Source: Sphaeroforma arctica JP610 (Eukaryota). Taken from it: 43,172 nt of DNA. Position 1 is the stretch's first letter; each line of letters opens with the position of its first letter. The translations under genes and the position numbers were made by a program. Location: positions 15,568-58,739 of the forward strand of contig NW_014040133.1 of the NCBI RefSeq assembly GCF_001186125.1, given 5' to 3'. The notes under the pieces were generated by a model that saw only the letters and a program-made list of their open reading frames with translations, did not search any database and had not been told where the DNA came from. This document shows, one piece after another, positions 11,573-24,315 of the stretch.

Positions 11573-13425
11573 TTATTGTGTCATTGTACGAACTGCATTC
11601 ATGCGCGACAATGATTGTATATTTAGCTTCTTCTCCCCGGTGACCGACTTGATGGACATGTGCAACCCCTTCCTTTTCATGCTCAAACACTTCCTCCGTC
11701 GGTAAAAGTACCCACAAGTATTGCAGAGTGTACTTCTTCCCTCGGGTCCCGGACGCCAAGTACAACTCTCAGTTATACCACAGTGCCTATACAACAAAAG
11801 ATAGCGGAACAGAATTTATACCAGATGGAAATATGCGTTGCGAACCAGAGAACGAACCGTATGAACAGAAAAGGCGAGCAAATCGTTAATAATACTTACA
11901 AGCAAGGTCGATCCAAGCGAACAATTGGCGGCCGCTTGTTTGAACAGTTAAGTGACTTCTTCGTGTAGTCACTCTCTTGACCAGACGCCATATCCGGATC
12001 CACGACCTTCCACATTTGTGCGTCGTGCTGTTTAGGGCCCCCGCCTTGGCTATCCCGGTTATTCGCGGTATACCCGTTCATCGACGGCCCCTCAACCATA
12101 CCCGGCTGACTGTTTCCGTTCATGTTGACAGGCGCACGCATTGCACTGGCATGACCACTCATCGCCGGACGCGTAGTCGATGCTTCGCTACAACAGGAAC
12201 GCGCGCTATGATTCATACTACAGCTATTATAATTATTGATACTATTCCTATTATATGCCATTTGAGGTCGGCAACAAGCACTCTCAGTCGTTACAACCGC
12301 TGCGTGGGCATGATGCGGTATCTGACTGTGGCTGTGACCGTGTGTATGTTGCAAACTCTGACCACCCATATTTGACCCACAGAAACCCCAACCCTGTTGT
12401 TGGCTGAATTTCGGCGGATCAAAGTGTTGACCACTCCAATTGCTCCCAGTCATGTTAGTAGTATGCTCTATATTGGTGTTATTATGGACCTTATTAGTTC
12501 GCTTTTTGGAATTTTGCCGCACCATGCACGGTTGCTGTGAGCCAGTGATGGTTTCATCCTGACGTGGGCACGATTGATGGGTATGTGTCCGGGGAATACC
12601 CGTTGGAACGTACCTGTGTCGAACAACACTGTGGTGGCTATTGTTATGGTGATCATCGACTTGCGAATCACATGACTTTCCAAAGCTACTGTCCGGTCCA
12701 CTAGATCGTCTTGATTGCTGCCCACTGGTGTTCTCACAGTCCACAAACCCGTTTACAGAGGGTTGACAGTCCTCACTTGTGCTCTGATATGCCTCCAGTA
12801 GTGCACTCGGGTGATGGCTGTGGTAGCCTCGGGAAGAATGACCGGCTCTGCCATGTTGGTGTCTGACTTGAACAGGCCTGCTCCAGGTCTTTGAATATCT
12901 GGCAGACGCAGATCGCTCGAGGTGGTGATTAGTTCCACTATTTGTATCTTGGGCAGCATTATTCATATAGCCAAAACTTGATGCTGCTGTGTCGGAGCAG
13001 CTGCCCGGACTTTCAAAATAAGAATGTGACGGATTCTCACTTTCAGCGTAATATTTGGCATCCGTGCTACCACTCGAGCTCTCATTCGAATTGTGATAAG
13101 TGAGAGTATCGGAATCAACTCTACTGTCAGTAGATCCCGACGAGTAGCCCGCGTCAGAGCGTACTACGGGGTTACAACTGAAACCAGTCTCACTAACTTC
13201 TCTATCCAGGATATGACGAGAGGTATTTCCTGGCATTGCTGGCCGCAAATTATTTGTACCGTCCGCATATGGTTGGAATCTTGTGAACCTTGGGGTACTC
13301 TCATCTCTTGAGTCGTGTGAAGAACCGTTTGACCTTGAATCGGTTGACCTTGAATAATCCGACTTTCCTGATCCTTGAAGTATGCTACTAATGGAAAAGG
13401 ATCCAAACTGGCTTTCAGGTGGCAT
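11573..13425 (-). CDS. GATA-type zinc-finger transcription factor (single C-terminal CX2CX18CX2C finger), 2 exons
   Basis: Exon 1 is 13425..11900 (first ATG, MPPESQF..., Ser/His/Asn-rich). The intron is 11899..11787 (GTAAGT...TTGTATAG). Exon 2 is 11786..11573. Splicing joins TGC TT|G CAC TGT to give CLHCGITESCTWRPGPEGRSTLCNTCGYFYRRRK, matching the GATA consensus WRxGPxG...LCNxCG with a basic tail. Confidence 0.9.
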
Positions 13426-15213
13426 CGTGTGTTGAAATAGGTTACCGTGTATTTTATAACGCAATTTTTACAAAGAGATACGAACGCGGGCACATATAGG
13501 TTGTCTTTCAAGTACATGTTTCATTATGGATTGCCCTACAACCAATTGTTCTGTATATATCCAGTTGACGCGACAATAAAAAGACCCCTTCGTAGAGTGC
13601 AACTATTTTACTCGGTATCCCATACGTTTGGCTTTCAATAAAATTGTAAAATGAGTGAGACTGTGAGTGACATACTGAGTAAATAAATGGAACCTATTTT
13701 ATACCCAGAGTTATCCCATTTCCTCAAATTTTGGACTTTGGCCTATTTGAATGATGTTTCTTTACTCTCATTGTCCAGTGTGAGAATAGTTTGAAACATA
13801 CAATAAATAGCGCAAGAGGGAGAGTAAAGTATTTAGAATAACCAGCAGCTGTAGTCTGTATCCCCCTGTAGACTTCACTGTGTAGTAAATCGTTTGTCGA
13901 TTTGTATTTAAAAAAACAAAATAAATGGCCCTCAGCCGCCTCACCAGACAAAAGCCATTTAGGACAACAAAAGTTTGTGTCAAAAAGAATTGGTTTTTTT
14001 AAAACAAAACTTGGATTTTGGAGACGGTTTGTATTTAAAAGTATTTATTCTTGTCTTTACTTTTAATTTTTAGACACTCTTCGTTCCAGTTCCGTCGGTC
14101 TTTATAGAGTCTGAGAAAAAAGGTCCAAACTCCAGAGTGACAAGGCTCCAGGCAATGCCAATCAGTCTTCGCTCACCCCCAAGAAAAGAGTCGCACTCAG
14201 AGTTAAGCGCTCTTATTTTTATATACCTTATGTATAATTTTAATACTTTCTATCCAGTTTTTTGAGCTACTTTTATATACATATATGTTCACTCCATAAA
14301 AATAATAGTTTCAATATTTCAATAAATAGTACGATGTACGTATATAAATATGTTGCGGCCTTGTTCTGGAGTGGTCGGTTAATAGACCTACGGAACCCCT
14401 TCATTTCACAAAATTCGAAAACTGATAGTGGTATTAAATAAGAAGAGGCGGAGTATATTGGTTTTTATATAAAAACAACAATGAAAGTTGAAAAAATTGA
14501 TGAGGTACTCTTCAATGTTATTGAACCAGTAATTATAAGCCTAGTAATACTTTTTCAACGCTGTCCATTCAAAATTACATTCCTTTGGCGAATTTCAGCA
14601 CTCGCAAGAGTCGCAGTCTCACATTTTTTTCTCCTTTTCTACTTGTTTTTGAAGAATGCAACGAATTCTTTCTGTCCCTTTCCATCAGTTTGTTTGTTAA
14701 AAAACATATAAATAATAAGGTTTCGATTTGGGGGGTTTATACTTTTTCGTTATATTTGTCAAAAGCTGAGTCCCGATTCCCGAAGTTGTATATATTTATT
14801 TGCTTTTTGTGTTGAGAAATAAATACGTTTTGTAACGTATTTTTTTAAGCCTTTTTAGACGTGTGTAAAATATTAATATTTGTTATTTTTATAAAAATAA
14901 AAGTTGATTTTCAGATTATGACAAAAAATCGTATGTATTGTTTAAAAAAAAAACAAATACATGTGTATATAATTGGCGGACAAAAAGTACTTTCAAAATA
15001 TTTGATTTTTTTAAAACAAAACAGCAATATATTAAATAAGTATATGTACATATATACATTTTAAAAATTAAACAATGTATGTACGTATGTGTTTTTAGAT
15101 TATAAAAGCGAGTAAAAACTACAAAGAACAGGAATTTAAATATATAAAAATTGCGTGACTGAGGGGACAAAACCCCCTAAAAACCCATAGCCTAACCTCA
15201 TTCAGTTTCCCGG

Positions 15214-16509
15214 TTTAACCTTTTCAAAATGAATCAATAAACGTTTCCGTTCAACTTTTATTCTGTATATAGCCCTATGAAATTTGAAGTGGTGCAATTT
15301 CCAGGCTATTAATTTGTCTTAAAATGACCCACCAATTTTGAGCCCGCCAGTCCACCACTAAAGCCCGCCTCTGTGACCGTTTTAATATTTTCGACTTCGT
15401 AAATAAAATAAATATTGTTCGAAAGATATACAATCCTGTTCTTGTTTATTGTTGTACGTTAAAGTTTAAACCATATTTATATGGACTATATTTTCTGTTT
15501 TACACCTGGTTCATGGTTAAGATGCCACGTGTAGCCGATCCGGTTAAGGACGCACATTGTGTATCGAGAGCTGAAGGTGGCAAAGAAATAGTACAATGCA
15601 ATTACTGCGATAAAGATTTCATATATTCAAATGTTAGCCAGCTGAAACTCCATCTCGCCAACGGCCGAACATGTGTTGCGCCAGACTTTATCAGAGAGAA
15701 GTATGCCAAGATGCTGGCTGAAGCAAACAACCAGGCGATGGCTCAAATCAAACGGGAAGAGGCAGAACCACCGCCTGTGACATAACAGTTACCTCTGTTT
15801 ACATGCACCAGATCATTACGTGCCACGCGCAACAATTCACCTTCAGACACTAAACCGACAAACGCAGGTGTTTTTTAATGGATTAAACGAAACTACAACC
15901 ATACCGACATTACATAGATTTAGGTTAAGTTTAAATATTCTGGTTTGCTATGCGCAAATCCTCGGTCTTTTGTCCAGTTCATATAAACAGCTTCTTCGAA
16001 AGTATATTCATCAATACTCAAGGTACGCGAAGTTAGAACTGCAAATACGCATTCATCCACTGGGAATGGCATCACGCAACTTATCAGTAATTTATGCAGT
16101 AGCCCGTAGTTATAGTCATGCTTCGGAATCCTTGCTCATAACGATGATATATATCCGCATAAATAGGTCAGGCACCTGTATCTGGGAACTCAATCAAATT
16201 GTTCGTACTTTCTTTGTGTTGTACAAACACAATGTGTATAAGTAAGTGGAAGCCGAGCTATTCTGCGTGCATTACTACCGTTAATATCTATAAAAATCAC
16301 TGTTTTGTATACTAGATATTCATTGGTCGCTATTTGCCATATAGTCCATTTCGTTAGAATTCTGGTTTACATGCTGAGTGCAAATTTGAGAATTTCGTTT
16401 TTTATTTTAACCTGTGATTTTTTAACGTTTTCAAAACGAATCAGAATACGTTTCCGGTAAACGTTTATTCTGTACCCCATTAACGGATTGAGCTTAGCCC
16501 ATAGCCCTA
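15214..16509. repeat. Diverged direct repeats (15214-15277 and 16421-16509) flanking the BED ORF, both ending in ATAGCCCTA
   Basis: tttaaccttttcaaaatgaatcaataaacgtttccgttcaacttttattctgta versus tttaacgttttcaaaacgaatcagaatacgtttccggtaaacgtttattctgta. Confidence 0.75.
15513..15785 (+). CDS. Short BED-type zinc-finger ORF, probably hAT-transposase derived
   Basis: DPVKDAHC...VQCNYCDKDF...SQLKLHLANGRTC matches the BED finger pattern (CxxC...H...C) found at hAT transposase N-termini. No DDE domain follows. Confidence 0.65.
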   Translation: MVKMPRVADPVKDAHCVSRAEGGKEIVQCNYCDKDFIYSNVSQLKLHLANGRTCVAPDFIREKYAKMLAEANNQAMAQIKREEAEPPPVT

Positions 16510-17053
16510 TAAATAATATTTACAATTTTTTTTTAATTTCTTTCTATATATATATACCTATGTACCCCCTCTGGTGGATGTAAATAGTCTAGGCACCCCC
16601 ACCGCTTTCTTGGTACGCTTTCAAGGTCAGAGTTTTATGAAAATGTTTCAAAATTAGGTCGCAAACACTTGCAGGGAGAGTATCGCAAAAATAAGTAATC
16701 CAGAGGGGGGAGAGGGGGGGGGGGGGTACGTACGTAATCAGTAGGAACAGAAACAGCGGTTCAATCGCACGAGGTTCTGTTGATCAGATGAATGCTGTGT
16801 TTTATTATCAATACTGTATATTTAATTTCATTTATAATGTTTTACTATGTACAGGTTTTACTAAGTACAGACTAGTTACACGTTATACATGTTACTGAGT
16901 CATTAATTCTAGAAATCTATCCAGCATCACCAGTATAACATAGTATGTGCATTGTATTTCTGCTACAAGTTTTGTCCATATGCTCAGGCTTCTCTCAAAT
17001 CGGACCACCGTTGTTTCTCTACAGGAAACTTTGATGTTCTCATTTTAACGGAT

Positions 17054-17432
17054 TATATATATTTATAAACATATTTATAAACAAATTTAAAAATATATAA
17101 TAATAATAAATATAAATAAATATATACAGATGTATACATATATTATACATACATTCATATTCACGTATATACATATAAATACATATTATACACGCACACA
17201 CACATATATATATATATTTATATGTATATACATTTATAAATTAATATATATAAATATAAATATATGTATATATATATCTATTTCTATTCATATATGTATT
17301 CATATATATATATATGTATAATATATTTATATACATGTAGGTATGTATATATGAATATATATATATATATATATACAAATATATATATATGTGTGTGTGT
17401 TTGTGTGTGTGCATATATATATATACACATAT
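17054..17432. repeat. Degenerate (TA)n/(TG)n low-complexity tract
   Basis: Directly visible. Confidence 0.9.
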
Positions 17433-18643
17433 AATTTTTTATCAGATTATATCAATAAATATTTGCTATAAATTATAGAATAAGAGGGACATACACGAAT
17501 TAATACATACATACATTATTAACTTGTATCTCAATCTTGATGCCTCGACTCAAAAAGGCAATAGAGTTGACTTGGTCCTGGGCGCTTTGGCACAGCTGCT
17601 GTCCGAGCAGCTGAAGATTCTTTTTGATATCATTATCTGCAGACCAGTCGCTGCCGTGTTCTATCACTACTACTCGTTGTATGAGGCATTCTTCTTAGCG
17701 TTTTTAGCGACTGTGCATATTTCTTTCGTCAATTGACTTAATGCATCTTTGGTACCCAAAGGGGCAGTTTATACTTGCAAAATGGACTAGCAGAATATTG
17801 AAAGTATGTATGAAGAATTGAACGTTGAAATCGTTCATATTTTCACTCAGTGTCTAATTAATGCTATGTATCATGGTGTGATAGTTCAGGAATACAGTAA
17901 ATACAGATAAATACACGAGTTCCAAAATCCTGCCCAAGCATGGTGTATTTAAAATAAAAACAACAAACAGAATATAATAAAAATCATGTTCCAAATCCTC
18001 GAAATCAGAATGTAGACAAAACGTACCCATATTATAAATACGTATCACCTTTCTGGTTACAGGGGATGTAAAGCTCCGAGGGGGTATATATAAAGCAATA
18101 CCTTCTTTCTTTTTAATTGGCAATGTGAAAACGTGTGAAAATATTTCTACATATGTACATATTTACACATCATAAAGGTGAGTGGTTCACTGTGCAATAT
18201 AGTGAAAATAATTCTTCAAATGTACTTATTTACACATCATAACGGAGAGTGGTTGACTGCCAAATGACTGGATTGTGGACTTCTTACGGGGTGACCGTGT
18301 GATGACTGCGGGCGTGCGGCCTGAGCCCCTGCGCCTGCGGCCTTTCGCCCTACGGCGACTGATTTATGTGTTTCTGTCATATACTGTGGGCCGGGAACTC
18401 GTTGAGTCCCTCTGAAGTGGTGGGCTCATTGTGCTGTTATTTACTATGTCCAATGTACAAATATGTTTAAATTTTTTTTTAACTTCTAAATAAGTAATGT
18501 AAATAAATGAGAGTACAGTATGTAAATATATATTTTTTAGGGCTCAAATGGTCGAATCACGGAGAGATACACTTTTTAATGCAGGCTAATAAATATAATA
18601 CCATAGGCAGATTCAATATTTGTTCACAGATATAGTCGCAACA

Positions 18644-18932
18644 ATGGAGTTGTCAACTGAGGTGCAGCTACTACAAGCCCCTTCATTTCAAATCCTGGAA
18701 ACACTGCTCTATACCCCGGAATCAGGTGAGTTGGTTGCTTACAATGTCTGTACTTGTGTTCAATCTGCTCTGACGACTGCCAAGGCAACGNNNNNNNNNN
18801 NNNNNNNNNNTACGTACTACTACTTAGTTAGTTAGTTAGTATTAGTTAATTAAGTAAGGTAAACGGTAACCGAACCGTACCGTAACGTACGTACGTACGT
18901 ACGTATATAGTATATATATATATATATATATA

Positions 18933-18976
<44 letters not shown>

Positions 18977-19227
18977 ATAGTCTATGTTTCTGTGTTTGCA
19001 ATCTTCTACTTTGTTAATGTGAACACTACATATTCCCTGTGTAGAGTCTATTCTCTGCAATGCTTCCATCGGCGCACGCAAGTGAACGCGAGGCGTGTGC
19101 TATTTCTCAGTATCCGAAACAAATGCAGCGAATTGTTTTCGAGCGCAGAGTTCGTTCTATACCCATATATATATATATATATATTTATATAATATATATA
19201 TATGCATAAATATATATATATATATGC

Positions 19228-19313
<86 letters not shown>

Positions 19314-21906
19314 ATTATACACACACACACATATATATATACATATACATATGCATATATATATATATATATACATATACATATGCATATATATATATAT
19401 ATATATATAAATACACATATGTGCGTATATATACAAATAAACACACGCATATATATAGATATATATATATGTATATATAAATAATACAACTGTATATACG
19501 TATTAGTATATATATATATATATATCTATATCTATATATATATATTATTATATTATTATTATTCTTATATATATATTATTGTTTTATATATATATGTATA
19601 AATATAGGTGAAGTCTATTGTCTGCTTCATCGACGCATACACCCGAACACAAGGCGTGCGCCATTCTCAGTACACAACAAAACCAGTGCTGCTATGAAGA
19701 GGTGCGTGTGTTGCGAGTGTAGTTCTACAGCACAGTTTATATATACCAAGCATCAATATCATATGGCACTGTGAGTATCTGTTGATTATGTTCATACCTG
19801 TGTCCGTTATCGTCTTATTCCTTTGCTGTACGTAGGTACGTCTACTCTTCGATGGCAAAAGTGTGGAGTTACAGGCCCTGCCATTCGTGCCCTGGACTGC
19901 GCCACAGTTGCAAGGTACAAACCTGCTATTGGCTCCGTATAGTTCTCGCACTTTTTTTTCCATGCATATGTTCAGGGGCAGTTTGTCTTAGATTCACAGT
20001 GTACACAGTATATTGCAGTTACATATCGAATTCAATTTGATTCTCATTTTTAAGTTCTACACATATTTATGCCTAACATATCCCAGACTTGGAAGTTGTA
20101 CTAGATACACAACCCGTATGTAGCCGTGATGTGTTTCTGCGCTTCAAAACCACTCATCGCACCACATACAACGAGGCACGTGCGCGTGCGAGTATTGGAG
20201 GTGGCAAGGTGTGTCTGAGATGAAGTCTATGTTTGGAATCTATTTTAGATTTTGCATGTAATCTGTTCTAGATTTTGCATGTAATCTGTTCTAGATTTTG
20301 CATCCCTGGTTATCAAAACCTTTTCGTTTTCTTTTTCTGCACCTGATATGTGCATCTATCTAACTTTTGCTAGATCAAGAAATATCATAATAGAGTAGGC
20401 TGCACTCTTACTCTACTATCCCAGGCGTTCGATGTCGTACTGTACAATGAGCGGGGCGAAATCACCGAGACCTCTATCTGCAATCTGGCTGTGGAAAACG
20501 TGAGTGCTGATGCAAGCATATCACCATTGTGATTCGTTTACTGGTTCTAATTGCTATCACATGGATTGTTCGAAGCTCTCTGTCAGACCAAACTGGTCTA
20601 GGTACGCACGATGTCCCCCCAACGCCAGCACGTGGGATACATTATAGATCACTAATATCGTCGTGTCGTACATAGATATTCAAGAATGATAATGACGCTT
20701 CGCTCATCCGTCTATCTCGTACTCTGACCCGTTTCATTCGAAAATGTATTGTTATCGTCAATGTCAACTGTCCACAAAGTATAATGTGCATTTAGTGATA
20801 TCTTATATAACTGTGTTGTACCATATAGGTTGTTACTGATATCCTATATATCTGAGTTGAGCCGTATAGATTGATACTAATGTAATATGTATCTGTGTTG
20901 GACCGTATAGGATGCAGGCGAGCTCGTGACTCCGCCTGTGAGTTGTGGGTTGCTCGCGGGTGTTCAACGAAGTGAGTTACTAGTGGCCGGTACAATCACA
21001 GAAGGACTGGTACTTCTAAGCGATCTGCAAGCTGCGGCTAAGGTATGTCTGAGCAAACTCTAAAGGCTTACCGTGTCACTCAACTTGTACATGGTTGTGT
21101 ATGTATGTTGTTGTATATGGATATGGGTGCGTGTCGCAAACTGGATTACTTTTTTTAGGAACTATGTGCTGATTAATGGAGTATGTAATGTAGCCATCGA
21201 TGTGCCATAAATTAGGGTTTAGGGCTGAGCTAAATGTATACTGAACATCGGCTAGAAAGCTATACATACGTACGCCTAATTGCATGTGTATGCATGTGTG
21301 TGCGTATACGTTTCCGTGTGCGCATCAATCTATTGTGTATCGTACCTGTTGACTTACGCCGTGGGCATACGAATTATTATCTCTTCTATCAGATGTATGT
21401 TTGCGCGTGCATATGTATACACAAGTGAGCATATGTCAGTTCATATGTATACAAATTATTGTATTTCGTACTTGTCAATGACTCCGTGGGAATCCGCATT
21501 ATGGCGTGACATAGTTGTCACCGACATGTCTCGCGGTGAAATGGTCGGACGCATTGCACGTAGTGATGAAGGCAGAGTCGAATAGGAGCTAGTCACACCA
21601 TTTTTTATTTTCTAAAGTAGTACGTTGCGTTGTTAATGGCACTTGTTTCTCTAACACCTCACCCTGCCTTGCGGTATAATAACTTGCGCCGTCTATCTGT
21701 TTCTTGTGCTTCCTTCACACATACGACCTGGATTCAGAACAAGTAGTGCTTCCTAAACAAAGTGAAGGGCATATATCCGTAACACTCACACAGTGATATT
21801 TATCATGCACTGTACTACATTGCAGGCGGACAGGCGGATACTTTGCTTCAACTCCGCGCGCGGAGTGTTTGCTGTCAAACTCGTAGAAGGCACGACGTCG
21901 ACGTAA
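18644..21906 (+). CDS. PLP-dependent class IV aminotransferase family protein, 4-amino-4-deoxychorismate lyase-like (PabC/ABZ2-like), multi-exon
   Basis: Exons with GT-AG boundaries: 18644-18725 ([13 protein letters not shown]), an unresolved exon near 19608-19769, 19836-19914 (VRLLFDG), 20087-20208 ([19 protein letters not shown] lysine), 20425-20499 ([18 protein letters not shown]), 20911-21042 ([16 protein letters not shown]), and 21826-21906 (ILCFNSARG, stop). Phases are consistent from 19836 onward. Confidence 0.85.
18831..19605. repeat. Intronic (TA)n microsatellite tracts next to a small gap (N at 18791-18810)
   Basis: Directly visible; tracts at about 18905-18977 and 19164-19605. Confidence 0.9.
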
Positions 21907-24129
21907 AGTATGCCTTGCTTCTGCACCCGTATATATTCCCCAATGTTCCCATCCGGCATGCGTGTGGATTGTACTTCATAATGAGAGCGGGATGAATGTC
22001 AGACCTAGCTGTTCTCAGCGGGGACAGGCGAAAACCGTATCTATTTGGTACCAGAACGCTTGTAACGGCCATGGTGCGTACTGTATATCCTCCGTTTGAA
22101 TCCGCCCCGTATTAGCGGCTTGTGCCTGTTTACTTCCCATCAATAGTTCCAGAGCAATGATTCCCGAATATTGCGCTTGTTCACACCCAATCAAATCTGT
22201 GTTTAAAGCACTTCCACCAGTGATTCCGGAGTACCGCGCACGTACACTGGAAGGGTGTCCTGACCACCCCGCAGTCCCACCCATCTCATCTGGCCGAGGT
22301 GCTGGCTTTCGGATCTCACCCACACACAGCATACGGGCATCAGCGAACCTGTCTAGACCAGAAACATAGTCAGCACAACAGCTGACAGCCTTATTGCCGG
22401 CATTTTATGATCTTGGGATATCTGGTTCATACCTATCAGAAAGATTTTATTATAGTTGTGCATACCAGATAGCCACACCCACTCAGTGCTGGTGGAAATA
22501 AGCGAGCCTGCCTAGAAGGGCTGACAGCCGTATGGCTGGCATTCTGACCGCATCCACACAGCGCCAGGCCAATAAGAAAGACTGGCCACTTGTCCACAAA
22601 CAAGTTTCGCAATAATGTAAAGAGTTAAAATGCTGCATGAGTCAGGATGTGCGTGCCGGTAATTTGGACTCGTGGACATACATGGACAGTGTACATTCCT
22701 GTACATAGGGGATGTATTCGGAGCAAGTTCATAACCGCTTCTTTGAAATCCCTTTTGGGCTGAGACAGGGAATATAGGTCTTGCGTCTCACAGGGAAACT
22801 CATACACTTAATGATTCAGTTCACTGACCAGACGCTTGGGGTAACTACAACTGTACGGCGCTGAATTCCTTGCCAACTTTTTGTAAATCTGATCGATTTT
22901 GGGCTGTTATTAGGCCGGGACCCGTTGATATTGTACTGTACTCTTCAGTCTTCGAAGTGAGTGTCGGTGTTTGGATTCGGGGAATAAACAGAACGCAATC
23001 TTGTACCTGTCTTGTTCAATAGTTTGACATTCAAAATACCTATGCTAGTGCTTCAGTTTACGCCAACTAGTTCCGACGTTCATGGCTGATACTAAAGTAT
23101 CTAAGACTTGGAACATACATATCATCTTTCTCGCCAATTAGGTAGTAGCCGAGCACAATCTATTATTGAGGTTCGTTGTGCGACGTCGGGCTGAGGAGAC
23201 TGCGGTAGATCTCAACTACTCTTGTTACTTCCAAGGATGAAATAGAACGACCTCCGAGTACTGATTAGTCTAAAGACATGTATGTACGGGTGCAGTTCCA
23301 GCTAAATGGCTGCTCACGCAGAATAGAGGCACTCACCATAGCTGTAATTGGTAAATAGATCTATTTCAAGCGAAATACATGGAAATACTTCGAGGGCCTT
23401 GGAGTTAATGATACCTACTATGAAATCTGTGGATTCGTTTCAGTCATTTCGACCGCCCCTTCAGTGTTTGGTGTGGCTTTGATTCAAATAAGTGCTATCT
23501 GACAACGAGAGACTGCAATTTGAGTGTCGAAAACAATATGTCACCCGAAACAACAGAGTACTTAGTGGTTAGCTATCACCGAAGATTCAGTACTTTAAAA
23601 ATACTTTTGTATGTGTGGTCATTTCAGGGTCAATCCAGCATACATCAGAAGTGCTGAAGTATACTCTAGAGTGTACTTCGATATAAGCGTCTAATATGAG
23701 TGCTAATATCTTAAGCGAACTGGATATATGACACATTTCGTATTCCACGTTCAATACGAGTGCATTTATCGCTTATTTTCTTTAACTATATAAAGGTACC
23801 AACCCTGGATACATACGCGCGGTCTATGATTTGTAAAAGTGCAAAATTCGAAGGCTAGTTCGAAGACGAAAAACAATCTATGTATTATCTAATCAACTCA
23901 AACATGATACTTTGTACAAGTTTATACCCCTTAGATACTACACATGTATGATGAATATTTAAGAACAAGTTTGTAATCGCAAGCTTTTAATTCTCCTATC
24001 CCAATATTCATATATTATTAATTTGAGTGACTCTTTTGAAATTTGGCATATAAGGGAGTATGGCAGGTGACTTTCAATCTATGAGAGTAGCATTTACGCT
24101 TCCTACTACTCGCAAGTAGTGGAAAACCC

Positions 24130-24315
24130 GAGTTATATTCGAATGCTAACTTGTTGCATATTTATGTCTACATACGCACAGTCAGTATACTCGAGTGTGA
24201 GCATATTTCATATATAGACAGACACTCACATAGTAAGTGTATTCGAATGTGAACATGTTGCATAGCTATGTCTAATTGCCCACAGTAAGTGAATTCGAAT
24301 TGTGAGAATATTCCA
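24130..24315. repeat. Degenerate tandem repeat, ~50-bp unit, about 4 copies
   Basis: Recurring cagtaagtgtattcgaatgtgaacatgttgcata-like unit (tattcgaatgctaacttgttgcata; tactcgagtgtgagcata; tattcgaatgtgaacatgttgcata; aattcgaattgtgagaata). Confidence 0.65.

Noticed and set aside
13426..13464. ORF-track start of the GATA gene at 13464
   Set aside because: It is a TTG start. In a eukaryotic gene the first in-frame ATG (13425) is more plausible.
18965..19489. Tyr/Ile-rich ORFs (also near 17130, 26924, 38003 and 41744)
   Set aside because: Translations of (TA)n/(TG)n microsatellites.
24130..24315. CRISPR-like repeat-spacer array
   Set aside because: The units are degenerate along their whole length with no unique spacers, there are no cas genes, and the context is eukaryotic.
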